From Thermoproteota archaeon (GTDB lineage: Archaea > Asgardarchaeota > Njordarchaeia > Njordarchaeales > Panguiarchaeaceae), in assembly GCA_024720975.1 (NCBI GenBank), contig JANJXX010000001.1, positions 159,408-223,407 on the forward strand: a DNA stretch of 64,000 nucleotides, given 5' to 3'. The notes under the pieces are model-generated. The model ran no database searches. It saw only the letters and a program-made list of their open reading frames with translations, and was not told the origin of the DNA. Of this stretch, positions 49,401-58,932 are shown in pieces (the first letter of the stretch is position 1; each line of letters starts with the position of its first letter). Position numbers and translations under genes: made by a program.

Positions 49401-50427
49401 TGTGTAATGTAATCCAACACTCGTACAAAGGTGCTTCCGTGTTCACGTTAACAGGTTTTCGATAAGTTAACCTGTAGGAGGCGTTAACATCCTTAATATC
49501 GATCTTATTTGCCCCTGAGAATAGATTCAATGTGAGCTCCAAGTTATTTTCAACGCAGTTCCAAACATCATACCCGGTGAAGTATACCTCTAATGCGCCC
49601 TCACCTAATACATGCATCGAATGCTCTGAGAAATTCCAAGTTGTCGGTGGACCATAAACCCCCTCTAACTTCATAAACTTCGTCAAGTTTTCCATAACTA
49701 CTTTAGTTGCTGACCAGATATGGTCTATTGCTAGCTTATAACGAAGTTTATCCGGTGTCTCCAGACGATAATAAAGGGGTAAACTCAGGGAATGCGTTAT
49801 CCCAACTAAGTGATATAAGCTCACACTGAAGTACTCCGAGGATCTGAATTCTATCTTCATATTCAACTTTGTGACTCTATCTGTGAAATTGAAGACAGAC
49901 CCATTGAAGTAGCCGCTGAAGGTTATGTTTATTACATCAATGTATATTCCATAACTTGAATTGTACACTTTAACACTCAGATATGAACAATTACCTGAGC
50001 AACAGAGTACTATTTGCCCTTTGTAAATCAAGAGGAAATCAACTACTATCTCTACTAGATAATTTCCAGAGCGATTTTCTGAGGCAAATAAAATTGTTTT
50101 ATTGTCAAATCTATGGGCGCTCAGTATGTCACCGCCTAGTATACGCCCAGTTTTTACCGTCAAATTCTTTGGACACAACTCATAATGCAAGGCAAGCCAT
50201 CTATCTTTTGATCCAACCTCTTTGTGTAGGGAACAGTGTACATCTGAGGTTGATTTGGAGTAAAATCCTGTTGCCGAATTTCCTTGTATCAAAGACTTTT
50301 CAATCAAATTTTCTTGGCCTTTTGAATCTTTCTCTATATCACCTAAAGAGCACTTACACTTGCAAAACGCACTTAAGAGCAGCAATTGAATTAATAAGGT
50401 AAACAGAAAAACCTTTCGAAAATACAT
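46423..50427 (-). CDS. Large membrane-anchored surface protein with DUF2341-like domain
   Basis: Signal peptide, many NxS/T sequons, segment ITLHNPNPYDL..DVCFY..SWD..ATFYLKIP..IRYG resembling DUF2341, C-terminal TM plus KR. Confidence 0.7.
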   Translation of the reverse strand: MYFRKVFLFTLLIQLLLLSAFCKCKCSLGDIEKDSKGQENLIEKSLIQGNSATGFYSKSTSDVHCSLHKEVGSKDRWLALHYELCPKNLTVKTGRILGGDILSAHRFDNKTILFASENRSGNYLVEIVVDFLLIYKGQIVLCCSGNCSYLSVKVYNSSYGIYIDVINITFSGYFNGSVFNFTDRVTKLNMKIEFRSSEYFSVSLYHLVGITHSLSLPLYYRLETPDKLRYKLAIDHIWSATKVVMENLTKFMKLEGVYGPPTTWNFSEHSMHVLGEGALEVYFTGYDVWNCVENNLELTLNLFSGANKIDIKDVNASYRLTYRKPVNVNTEAPLYECWITLHNPNPYDLFSAPVKVVVNNSWINMLSVDKTLGDVCFYIINGTQIVKLSSYLRSWDGRDATFYLKIPHMQAFSKQPVLIRYGGAPINSHENLSASSFGYSLRDIASSSLWMAIEGSVSTRFYEYSGTAAVFLQDSVSPVYSKAIFLGCISGTTEGVFRVSSYLVFNEYWFVEYYPIYVDGGNFVKLTLRKDIQSGMVEIRIVQRRYGSDKLLYVNYDENVRYPLDHILAFKAVPLLAKLYVDTFFCSDNLRLTASVDVDFDLMKSGWHMALAAGNITGIEISVASWSQSIDQQIFPLEISESTLICNITYQLIDTPWRKLNESKITVSPNSIVEIRIFDEFGSEAFYLKNDLNNLSSFNVTIDIGTPVIKLLNSRNTKKELYISTPNRSLKLESETIGNKILVLSPGSYLVSCLEADSRNFSIMILDFLEPGVFMIDVTSLETFLESVMSCDSIKFVGLVENRELDNPGLPNRSVIMLCACNYSDIAKVTIQFSETLIALCNRALSDYLAYEFSKLDELVTKLVGDVKLYGTVTLVRINFSEGWLSYVDDSGPNYIKLNQSQMAIVNALMEASQIFRHSIRVLDFLTGCMYKFLHEVIFDHSRKIVAIKYASNLLNIVINFATGEICLTSSWGCVNSYLKFLTVCFDLMHIIGGLKPALHNVTILSGLYFEATINNRSLDAALKIVHPTKLELEHLFIDLSAYLVTISRPDISGATISFNALSGTLLICGKNIDFKQKMLLSVRDCLLNGQRFESLRDKGAVLAAYRALISKRVIEIIDYYSSNSLNNGLVKVKINNTVSTERSLIEFWTLSGATVFISVWDMMGNLLEGNVAFIESSTRLLVKLGSINILNDLEKEVLVEIYSNESTSLVTSIQRKSYITVLLKTNMRYDIRVFVDNNILLNTTALLVDSNKTRPSYLLLISEQSGSMQALSSGASLGSLGGHIIYAIISIIAITCAAFIIKRVINKVRERQIISAEKLLESLAKEGAIRDGV

Positions 50428-50586
50428 AAGTTTACCCCTCTGATGATCAACTAGAAAGTTTCAGCAGAAGGTTTAAGAGCCAGGGTTTCGGTCAGTTCAG
50501 CAAGATCCACTGACTCAATAAACTTCATGGCAATGAGTTCTCAATTTTATTTAGTCTTTTTCCTAAGCGATTTATGGTGGTATAGT

Positions 50587-51210
50587 ATGATATATAACAT
50601 AGTGATAAGCGGCGTTGGCGGATTAGGAATACTCACTTTAGGAAGAATTCTATGCCAAGCAGCACTGCTTAGTAATAAAAATGCATACATGAGTGAAATC
50701 CATGGTCTATCTCAAAGGTATGGAAGTGTAGTTGTAGATGTTCGCATAAGCGATAGCAAGTTACTAGCGCCGGTAGTTTCACCAGGCGAAGCTCACCTCT
50801 TAATAGGATTAGAACCGATTGAATGCCTACGCGTGATAAATTTCTCTGGTCCGAATACTGACATCATACTCAACACGAGCGCTATACCCCCGCCTACAGT
50901 AACGTTAGGCGTCGCAAAATACCCGCCATTGGGAGAGATAATAGAAACCCTGAGAAAAGTCTCAAAGCGAATTTTAGCCTGCGATATATTAGAAGAAGCC
51001 AGGAAGCTTGGCGATCCAAGACTGCAGAACACCATAATCCTAGGAATTGCTGCCAACATACCGGAGATACCAATTACCTCCAACTCACTTGAAGAAGCAA
51101 TCAAGCTTGCCTTCTCACGTGATAAAAGAGTACAAGAGCTTAATCTGAAGGCGTTTCAGAGGGGACTCGAGATAGGAAAGTTGCTTCTTGACGGCGTGAA
51201 GAGTTGCTGA
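50587..51210 (+). CDS. iorB: Indolepyruvate:ferredoxin oxidoreductase beta subunit
   Basis: NIVISGVGGLG, SEIHGLSQRYGSV, EPIECLR, NTIILG, NLKAF. ATG 7 nt after GGTG. Confidence 0.9.
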   Translation: MIYNIVISGVGGLGILTLGRILCQAALLSNKNAYMSEIHGLSQRYGSVVVDVRISDSKLLAPVVSPGEAHLLIGLEPIECLRVINFSGPNTDIILNTSAIPPPTVTLGVAKYPPLGEIIETLRKVSKRILACDILEEARKLGDPRLQNTIILGIAANIPEIPITSNSLEEAIKLAFSRDKRVQELNLKAFQRGLEIGKLLLDGVKSC

Positions 51211-51475
51211 ACACCGATAAAATTTTGAAGAAGTTGAGGACTGCTAGAAAAGCGTCCCTACGCAAACTTCTAAAAGATAAAATGGAAATCAACTCCCCAA
51301 AAGGATCCTTTTCTAGTAGAAGTTGTAACACATTCATGCCATTAACACTTACAATAACCGCGCTTTTACTAGATGAAATTTCAATAAGCTCTGATTTGAG
51401 TAAATATTTGAGATAGTTTTCAATGACCACCAATAACTCCCGAAAATTCCAGATATTCATACGGAGCCTCGCTAT
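51140..51475 (-). CDS. Small hypothetical protein
   Basis: Open frame directly downstream of the FAD oxidoreductase. Start uncertain (ATA near 51475 or ATG near 51460). Overlaps the 3' end of iorB. Confidence 0.35.
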   Translation of the reverse strand: MARLRMNIWNFRELLVVIENYLKYLLKSELIEISSSKSAVIVSVNGMNVLQLLLEKDPFGELISILSFRSLRRDAFLAVLNFFKILSVFSNSSRRQEATFLSRVPSETPSD

Positions 51476-51491
51476 GAGAATCCACTCACTT

Positions 51492-52856
51492 TTAGCCGCT
51501 CCAGAGGTTTTCTCTTCTGAGAATTGCTCTAGCAACCGCGACCCCTGACGCTGAAGATTGTGCTAGACCTCTAGTTATTCCGGCTCCATCCCCACACACG
51601 AATACATTTTTTATCCCTTCGACTTCTAAGTCCTCATTTACACTCACTCTTGATGAGTAGAATTTTGCCTCAACAGCGTATAGCAATGTATCATCTGAAT
51701 ATACACCAGGAGCTATTTTGTCAAGTGTCTGAAGGAACTCAAGTATGCTAACGAGATGTCTATGTGGAAGTGCGAATGATATGTCTCCCGGAACGGCATC
51801 CTCTAACGTTGGCTCTACAATAGATCTAGCGATACGGTCCTTCGTTGAGCGACGTCCCCTCCTAAGGTCGCCAAGACGCTGTATCAATACTGATCCACCA
51901 GCAAGAAGATTTGCTAAGCGTGCAATATGCTTGCCATAAGCAATCGGATCCTTGAACGGTTCCGTGAAGAAACTACTGACTAAGACTGCGAAATTTGTAT
52001 TTAGGCTCTTCTTATTAGTGTATGAATGACCATTAGTTGTTATTACGTCCTCATATTGCTCCTTTATCACATACCCTCTAGGGTTGACGCAGAAAGTTCT
52101 TACCCTCTCGTCGTATGTTGGAGCAGCGTAAACGAATTTAGGATCATAGAGAATATCTGTTATGTCCTTAAGTGTCTCATATGTTGCCTCAACTCGGACA
52201 CCTATGTCAACGGGATTTATTGACATTTTTGCGCCTAATTTCTCCAGTTCGTCTTTAAGCCAGTTAGAGCCGGTTCTACCCGGTGCCAACACCAGGTAGC
52301 GCGCAACAAACTCATCGTTATTTTCAGTAACCGCGACCCTTCCCATATTGTTAATTAGAATGTTCTTTACGGTGGTTTTAAGGTATATGTCGACATGAGA
52401 GTTAAGCAAATCATGAATTCTTCTTAGCACTCTGATAGTGTTATCAGAGCCCACATGACGAACACGATAAGGTATAAGATGCATATGGTATGTTCTGGCC
52501 CTACTTATGAGATCCTCAACAGCATCTCTATCGGGCTCAATGACTTTTGATTCCGGACAAAGTTCACTCCAAATTTTATCAACATACTCAATAAGTTGAT
52601 GAGTTTTCCTTTCTCCAATAATTTCTGAGAGCCATCCCCCAACTTGCGTGGATACTGTAATTTTACCGTCTGCAAATAAACCAGCACCACCCCATCCTTT
52701 TACATAATCACTATTTCTTAAACGCTCATCAATAAAACCTCCCTGCTCGATTATAGCCACTTTCAATTTATTTTTGGAGTTTTTTACGAGCTCGAAGGCT
52801 GCAAAAAGCCCTGCGGGACCGGCTCCAACTATGACAACGTCATAATAATGCCTCAT
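51492..52856 (-). CDS. NAD(P)/FAD-dependent oxidoreductase (COG2509-like)
   Basis: IVGAGPAG, GWGGAGLFADGK, DIGVRVE, RTFCVNPRG, TNGHS, NTNFA, EAKFYS, GDGAGITRGL. Confidence 0.9.
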   Translation of the reverse strand: MRHYYDVVIVGAGPAGLFAAFELVKNSKNKLKVAIIEQGGFIDERLRNSDYVKGWGGAGLFADGKITVSTQVGGWLSEIIGERKTHQLIEYVDKIWSELCPESKVIEPDRDAVEDLISRARTYHMHLIPYRVRHVGSDNTIRVLRRIHDLLNSHVDIYLKTTVKNILINNMGRVAVTENNDEFVARYLVLAPGRTGSNWLKDELEKLGAKMSINPVDIGVRVEATYETLKDITDILYDPKFVYAAPTYDERVRTFCVNPRGYVIKEQYEDVITTNGHSYTNKKSLNTNFAVLVSSFFTEPFKDPIAYGKHIARLANLLAGGSVLIQRLGDLRRGRRSTKDRIARSIVEPTLEDAVPGDISFALPHRHLVSILEFLQTLDKIAPGVYSDDTLLYAVEAKFYSSRVSVNEDLEVEGIKNVFVCGDGAGITRGLAQSSASGVAVARAILRRENLWSG

Positions 52857-53192
52857 CTGAACACCATCTGTATGATTCTTATAATGTACCTGGTACTAAA
52901 AGGAAGGACTCAGTAATAAGACATCAGGGCGGTTTTATTCTTAACTTCACCAATATATATCATGTGTTTACAAATTGGTCCATTAGGACTATATGAAAAC
53001 GAACCAAAGATACAAAGTCAGCAGCATTTAACATTAAAACCTTAAATAGCTCGGTGGAGATGCAAAAGTCTAAACGCTAAAGACCAGAAAGATGTAACAA
53101 GAGTCAAGTTATCCAGAGCTAAAAAAGTCTGTCGGATTAATAACTAACAGATAATTTAACTTTTCTCCTCAAAATAATGTTGGTGTCCAAAC

Positions 53193-55091
53193 TTGTCATC
53201 AATAATCGGAGAACCCGGCGAAAAAAGGTTTTTACTTGGAAATGAAGCAATTGCTAGAGGCCTCATAGAGGCTGGAGTTGGATTCTCGGCAGGATACCCA
53301 GGAACACCTGCTTCTGAAATCATTGACACGCTTCTCCAAGCAAAACACATTGGTAAGTTTGAATACTACGTTGAGATAAGTACCAACGAAAAAGTAGCTT
53401 ATGAGGCTGCTTTTTCGGCCTGCTTGGCGGGCGTAAGAAGTTTTACCGCCGCTAAGCATGTCGGCATAAACGTTGCAGCAGATGCTATAGCCACATCCGC
53501 ATACATAGGAACAAATGCTGGTTTCGCTTTTGTGAGCGCAGATGATCCCAACTGCTGGAGCTCCCAAAACGAGCAAGATAATCGATGGTACGCTCGTATA
53601 TTCGGGCTGGTAATGATAGAGCCATCAACTCCGATGGAAGCCAAAGAAATGACAAAAATTGCATATGAAATCTCAGAAAAAGTACGCCTACCTGTCATTA
53701 TCAGGACGACTACTAGAGTAGCTCATATGAGAGGCTTAGTTGAGCTTGGTGAAATTCCTTCAACAATCAAAACTAAGGGTAAATTCGAAAGAGACATTTC
53801 CAGGTATGTCGTAGTACCGGCAAATGCGCGTAGAAATCACAAGCTTTTGCTAGATAGGATAGAAACTGCAGAAAAAATCAGCGAGGAGAGCAAATTAAAC
53901 TTCATCACAAGCACATCCGGAGCTCTCAAAAAGAAACTTGGGATAATAACCTCTGGTGTGAGTTACTTGTACGTTATTGAAGCTGCAGAAAAACTCGGCG
54001 TCGGCGTTGATATTCTAAAGTTGGGGTTTACTTATCCACTTCCTAGGAGGAAAATCGTGGACTTCCTGTCGAACAAAGACGCTGTATTAATTGTAGAGGA
54101 GGTCGACGGTATTCTCGAGAAGGAAATCAAGGCAATTGCTCATGAAAACGACCTGAGGATCCCAATACATGGAAAGGACTTAATCCCAAAACTTTATGAG
54201 TTAAATACTGCAATCGTTGACGGTGCTATAGCAAAGATTCTTGGACTTCCGTATAGTCCATACTCAGTGCAAATTAAGGCTCCAGATATTCCCTCAAGAC
54301 CTCCAATTCTATGTCCTGGTTGCCCTCACAGAGCTACATATTTCGCACTAAAGATGGCTTTAATCCGTGAGAAAATAAAACCAGAGGACGTTATCTACAC
54401 AACTGACATAGGTTGCTACACGCTAGGAATTAACCCACCGTACCAAATGGGCGATTTGCTGCTTTGTATGGGGAGCTCAATTGGAACGCTAAATGGACTC
54501 GCTGAGACAACTGACCAACTAATAATAGCTCTTATTGGCGATTCTACATTTTACCATGCGGGAATTCCAGCATTGATTAACATTGTATTTAATAAGCACC
54601 GGGCCTTTGTCATTGTACTTGATAACAGGATTACAGCCATGACCGGCTTTCAACCAAGTCCGTCTACTGGACTGACTGGCATGCTTGAAAGGACAAAGGT
54701 TGTTCCAATAGAGGACATTGCAAGAGCGATAGGTATCGACTACGTCAGCGTTATTGACCCTGTACTAAACATCAATGATGCCATAGAGAAACTCCAAGAA
54801 TCCATAAGACAGTACAGAATTGGTAAAACTGTTACAATTATATCGCGCTCACCGTGCGCACTTTATAATCTTAGAGTACAGGGCTATACAGGAAAAGGAG
54901 GGGTATATAATATAGACTCAGGTATATGCATAAATTGCGGAGTTTGTTATAAGCAATTCAATTGTCCTGCAATTCAATTCGATCCTGAACAAAATAAGCC
55001 ATTCATTCGATCAGACATATGCACTGGTTGCGGGGTATGCATGGACATATGTCCTGTTAAGGCAATTAAACGTGCAGATAAAAGTGTTTAG
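53193..55091 (+). CDS. iorA: Indolepyruvate:ferredoxin oxidoreductase alpha subunit
   Basis: GNEAIARG, YPGTPASEI, NEKVA, KHVGINVAAD, SSQNEQD, LCPGCPHR, DIGCY, IGDSTF, two C-terminal 4Fe-4S motifs. TTG start. Confidence 0.95.
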   Translation: MSSIIGEPGEKRFLLGNEAIARGLIEAGVGFSAGYPGTPASEIIDTLLQAKHIGKFEYYVEISTNEKVAYEAAFSACLAGVRSFTAAKHVGINVAADAIATSAYIGTNAGFAFVSADDPNCWSSQNEQDNRWYARIFGLVMIEPSTPMEAKEMTKIAYEISEKVRLPVIIRTTTRVAHMRGLVELGEIPSTIKTKGKFERDISRYVVVPANARRNHKLLLDRIETAEKISEESKLNFITSTSGALKKKLGIITSGVSYLYVIEAAEKLGVGVDILKLGFTYPLPRRKIVDFLSNKDAVLIVEEVDGILEKEIKAIAHENDLRIPIHGKDLIPKLYELNTAIVDGAIAKILGLPYSPYSVQIKAPDIPSRPPILCPGCPHRATYFALKMALIREKIKPEDVIYTTDIGCYTLGINPPYQMGDLLLCMGSSIGTLNGLAETTDQLIIALIGDSTFYHAGIPALINIVFNKHRAFVIVLDNRITAMTGFQPSPSTGLTGMLERTKVVPIEDIARAIGIDYVSVIDPVLNINDAIEKLQESIRQYRIGKTVTIISRSPCALYNLRVQGYTGKGGVYNIDSGICINCGVCYKQFNCPAIQFDPEQNKPFIRSDICTGCGVCMDICPVKAIKRADKSV

Positions 55092-55911
55092 AAAAGGAAG
55101 AGAAACATTCTTTGGTTTCTATTATACCGAACCTGATACTGTCTCCAGAGACACGATAGCTATCATAGGATCACTCTGCATATCGAAAAGCATACACCCC
55201 GCACTAGGCCAGGGGAGAGCTACTCAAGTTCTGAGAAAGCTATCTAGAGAGTTTTGCACACATGGTCTTCATGCGAAGGTCCTATTAGAGGACTATGACA
55301 TAGTTGACCTCGGCGACTTCTGTAACAAGAAATTGACTTCTGTTGTTACCCAAGTTCTAAGAAAGGGAGCTCGAGTGCTTGTTATTGGAGGAGATCACAC
55401 AACAACCCTATATGCGCTAAGAGACATCAATGTGGCTAATTTAACGGTCTTTGATGCTCACTTAGATTCAGAGGAGTGCAAAGAAGGAGTTCATCACGGG
55501 TGCGTCATCCGAAAGTTGATAGAGGAGAAAGACAGACTAGAAGTGACTCTTGTTGGAATGCGCGGATACTCAACATTGAAAGGTGAGATTGAATTCTTGA
55601 AACAACGAAGTCAGCGAATCTTTGCTTGGCCTGTAAGCGAGGAAACTGTTAAATTATGCTTCAGAGAGAGTGAGTATATCTCAATAGACTTAGACTTCTT
55701 CAATCCTAGCAGTTTCTGGGCTGTTCGTGCTCCCGAACCTTTGGGTTTTGATATAAATCACTTTATCTCAATCATTAATGAAGTCAGAAAAACCAACGCT
55801 AGGTATATTGATGTAGTCGAATATTCACCAGAAGCTGATCCCGGATACGTTTGTGGTAAACTATTACTCCAGTTAGTACTCGAGATTTTGTCGACTCTAA
55901 CGCAAAACTAG
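55072..55911 (+). CDS. Arginase/agmatinase (ureohydrolase) family protein
   Basis: GGDHT, FDAHLD, SIDLD, PEPLG, DVVEYSP. The N-terminus is divergent. Confidence 0.85.
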   Translation: MQIKVFRKGRETFFGFYYTEPDTVSRDTIAIIGSLCISKSIHPALGQGRATQVLRKLSREFCTHGLHAKVLLEDYDIVDLGDFCNKKLTSVVTQVLRKGARVLVIGGDHTTTLYALRDINVANLTVFDAHLDSEECKEGVHHGCVIRKLIEEKDRLEVTLVGMRGYSTLKGEIEFLKQRSQRIFAWPVSEETVKLCFRESEYISIDLDFFNPSSFWAVRAPEPLGFDINHFISIINEVRKTNARYIDVVEYSPEADPGYVCGKLLLQLVLEILSTLTQN

Positions 55912-56079
55912 ACGTTTTGAGCCTCACTTGTTAGGGCGAGAAATTCGGCACTAGTATAAGCAACTTTATTTTTTGTTGATAATCTACTGTAGAACCTCAA
56001 TCCACGACGCAAGCTCTACTAGTAGAAACGCGCACATGGCACTATACGTAGTACATAATTTCATTCCTTTACATTTGCT

Positions 56080-57027
56080 CTAACCTGATTTACAGTCAAT
56101 TAGCTCATTATATATGCTCAGTAGCCTTTCTACAACTCTATCAGGACTATGGTATTTCTCAAAGTATTCATACTCTTTCCTCCAGAGATTAATATCTGCT
56201 CCCATTATCGCCTCAGCTAGCTCTTCCTCCTCAATAAGATCCTTTAGGGGAAAGTCCCTGTATTCAGGGTATTTGGATGAAACATATGCTATAACTGGCC
56301 TACCGCATGCAATAGCCTCTAACGGAACAATTGGCAAATAGCCAACGAATGTACTCACTACAACATCTGCATTCCAATAATATTCACGAACTTTTTCATG
56401 CGGAACTTTTGGAAGTATATTTAAGCGCAAACCTAGAGAATTGGCTAGAGCTAAGGTTCTATCAAAATCTACTCCATATCTAATAATTGAGACTTCAACG
56501 TCGTCTCTGATTTTACTTAAAGCCCTTATCGCCTTGTCTGTACCCTTTGTAATCCAATTACACGCATCTGCTATGAGCACTCTCTTTTTTCCACTGTGCT
56601 CAATAGGAGGCTTCGGATAGAATACCTGAGTATCTACGGGATTCGGTAGGTATAACACGTCATCTCTAAATCTCCTAGCTATGGGTAATAGATCTGGTGT
56701 ACTAACTATAACCCTGTCACAATTCATTAGGTTATATCTAACTATTCTGCCCCAGACGCGATGCTTCATCGTCGTCCTTAAGTCACTACCATGGGCATGT
56801 CCAATTATAGGGCCCTTCTTAAGACGCAGCGTAAGGTAGCAATCTTGGAGAAGATAATGCACATGATAAATATCACTCTGTGTTCTTAGAATCTTATATA
56901 GTATACCAAAGGTTTTATCCCAAAGGCTTCTTGTTCGCTTGATATGCTGCTTTCTTATAGAGTTCGGCATATATTTGAGCAGAGTCTCACCAACGAATGA
57001 ACAATCATTTATCATAACTACTCTCAT
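56080..57027 (-). CDS. Glycosyltransferase family 4 (GT-B)
   Basis: HVHY, HAHGSD, LPNPVD, KGTD, LEAIACGRPVI. ATG 6 nt after GGTG. Confidence 0.88.
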   Translation of the reverse strand: MRVVMINDCSFVGETLLKYMPNSIRKQHIKRTRSLWDKTFGILYKILRTQSDIYHVHYLLQDCYLTLRLKKGPIIGHAHGSDLRTTMKHRVWGRIVRYNLMNCDRVIVSTPDLLPIARRFRDDVLYLPNPVDTQVFYPKPPIEHSGKKRVLIADACNWITKGTDKAIRALSKIRDDVEVSIIRYGVDFDRTLALANSLGLRLNILPKVPHEKVREYYWNADVVVSTFVGYLPIVPLEAIACGRPVIAYVSSKYPEYRDFPLKDLIEEEELAEAIMGADINLWRKEYEYFEKYHSPDRVVERLLSIYNELIDCKSG

Positions 57028-57090
57028 AAACTGCACCAAAGTTAATAGAACTTTGCTAAGTAAAATCACTGATATCTAGATTAATCACTG

Positions 57091-58905
57091 TTAATGCTCT
57101 TTTTGCATCGTAGCTACGTACTTAGTCAACTTTGGTGGATAATCAATAGTTTTTCCTCTAAGCATGCCTAGTTTTAGAGCCAGTCGTTGTAGTGGTAATG
57201 TATATAAAATCGGTTCAAGGAGGTCATGTATTCTGGGCACCCGCACAATATGTTTCGCAAATTTGCTTCCTAGCGTATCCTCTTCATCTGTTATTACCAG
57301 TATTTCACTGGCAAAATCTTTAATCTCATTCATCAACTCGTATGTATCTTCTCGTGCCTCTGGGTCCTGTGGCATTAGAAATATTACTGGATACCTGTAC
57401 TCCATAAGCGTTTTTGTTCCATGTCTAAATTCCCCAGAATCTAATCCTTCGGCGTGTATCTGAGCTACTTCCTTTAATTTGAGTGCTCCCTCTAGTGCTA
57501 TTGGATAATTTGCTGCACGCCCTAGAACGAATGCATTGTTAAATTTAAATACCCTCGAAGCAAAATCATCCACAACTGCCGAGCACGCGACCATTGTTTT
57601 TGCTGCTAGAGAAGGTAAGTTCTCAAGTTGATCCTCAAGTTCTTTCTTTACACTTTTTGATTCATCTAGAAGCTCAATAGTAAGCCTGGCAAAAGTTGCT
57701 AATTGAGCTATAAATGTTTTCGTAGCGGGGACAGCAACTTCTATACCTGCAGCAATGTGAAGGTAGACATTAGAAGCAAACATTAATGGCGTGCCCAATC
57801 GATTAATTAAACCTATTATTATTGCACCCCTCATTCTTGATTGAGTCACTGCTCTCATAACATCTGTAGTCATCCCGCTTTGTGAGTTTGCAATTACTAC
57901 ATCTCCTGGATTGACCTTTTGCAAATAGAAGTATATGAATTCCACAGCATTTTGAACGATATGTTGAATTTCCAGGAGCTCGCTTATAATGTATCCACCA
58001 TAGAGGGCTGAGTTAAATGACGAACCAGAGCCTATCACAAATAATTTCTCAGAACTCTTAATTAATCTCGCAGCAATCGCTAGATACTCTGGCGGTTGGG
58101 CATACTTCTGTGCAGCCAATACGAGTGGAATTTCAGATATCTCACGCTCCATGTGGTAGTCAAAACCACCAGGTATCTTTCCTAACCGAATTTGTGGCTT
58201 AATTAGTTCACCTGATATCACGTTTATTTTTCCATCAGAAATTTTGATAAGACCGTCTGCGATTGCGTACAGCTGCAGATTATGTCTAGCTATTACATCG
58301 GGCTCCGATGATATTATCAATTTCCCTGGTTCTCCCTCACTAATTCCTATATACTCCATTAAATTCTTCGTGAGGAGGTATACACTGCCGTCCTGTGCGT
58401 CACGCAGTAATACTGAAAAGACACCTTTGATGGAGTTATGCATATTTGCTAGAACCTTATCTACGCTTGACAAGTGCTTTGTATCCTCTTCAATTCTGTG
58501 TACTAATAATTCCGAGGGATCTTTCCCCTCAATCAGATGACCGATCTTTATCAATTCAAAATAGAGTTTAGTGGGATTGCAAACTAGTCCACGTGCTATT
58601 AGTAGAAATCTTTGCGTGCAATCTAAGGAAGGTGGCGTATTTTGTATGGCAGGACGTCCATGAATAGCATATCTGCAGACACCCATTGCAAGGTCAAACG
58701 AATCGGCTTCTCTTCGAAATTTGCCTATGATTTCATCAAGGTCCAAGTCCTTCCAAATTCTCACGTTTGAATCGAAACATATCGCTAAACCAAAGCCTTC
58801 GTTACCATAGTGTGAGAGTATTCTAAAGCAGTCCGTAATAGTTTCAAATGCGCCTTTTTCCCTCGTCGGATTTGTTATGAGAAAAAGCCCTCCGTATCCT
58901 ACCAG
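57091..58905 (-). CDS. GlmS paralogue with degenerate glutaminase domain and intact SIS domains
   Basis: The frame stays open upstream of the ORF-track start to a CTG at 58905, giving 604 aa. SQSGMT, VPATKTF, LEGALKLKE, EFRHG are retained; Cys1 and HTRWATHG are not. Confidence 0.8.
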   Translation of the reverse strand: MVGYGGLFLITNPTREKGAFETITDCFRILSHYGNEGFGLAICFDSNVRIWKDLDLDEIIGKFRREADSFDLAMGVCRYAIHGRPAIQNTPPSLDCTQRFLLIARGLVCNPTKLYFELIKIGHLIEGKDPSELLVHRIEEDTKHLSSVDKVLANMHNSIKGVFSVLLRDAQDGSVYLLTKNLMEYIGISEGEPGKLIISSEPDVIARHNLQLYAIADGLIKISDGKINVISGELIKPQIRLGKIPGGFDYHMEREISEIPLVLAAQKYAQPPEYLAIAARLIKSSEKLFVIGSGSSFNSALYGGYIISELLEIQHIVQNAVEFIYFYLQKVNPGDVVIANSQSGMTTDVMRAVTQSRMRGAIIIGLINRLGTPLMFASNVYLHIAAGIEVAVPATKTFIAQLATFARLTIELLDESKSVKKELEDQLENLPSLAAKTMVACSAVVDDFASRVFKFNNAFVLGRAANYPIALEGALKLKEVAQIHAEGLDSGEFRHGTKTLMEYRYPVIFLMPQDPEAREDTYELMNEIKDFASEILVITDEEDTLGSKFAKHIVRVPRIHDLLEPILYTLPLQRLALKLGMLRGKTIDYPPKLTKYVATMQKEH

Positions 58906-58932
58906 TTTTATTCACCCTAGCCCCTTCTTTCT

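Noticed and set aside
50440-50514. TGATGA...CTGA resembling a C/D box sRNA
   Set aside because: The C box is imperfect, the span is long, there is no clear D'/C' pair, and it sits in a divergent promoter region.
51204-51416. 70-aa plus-strand ORF after iorB
   Set aside because: It has no RBS or motif and conflicts with a more plausible minus-strand ORF. Neither is well supported.
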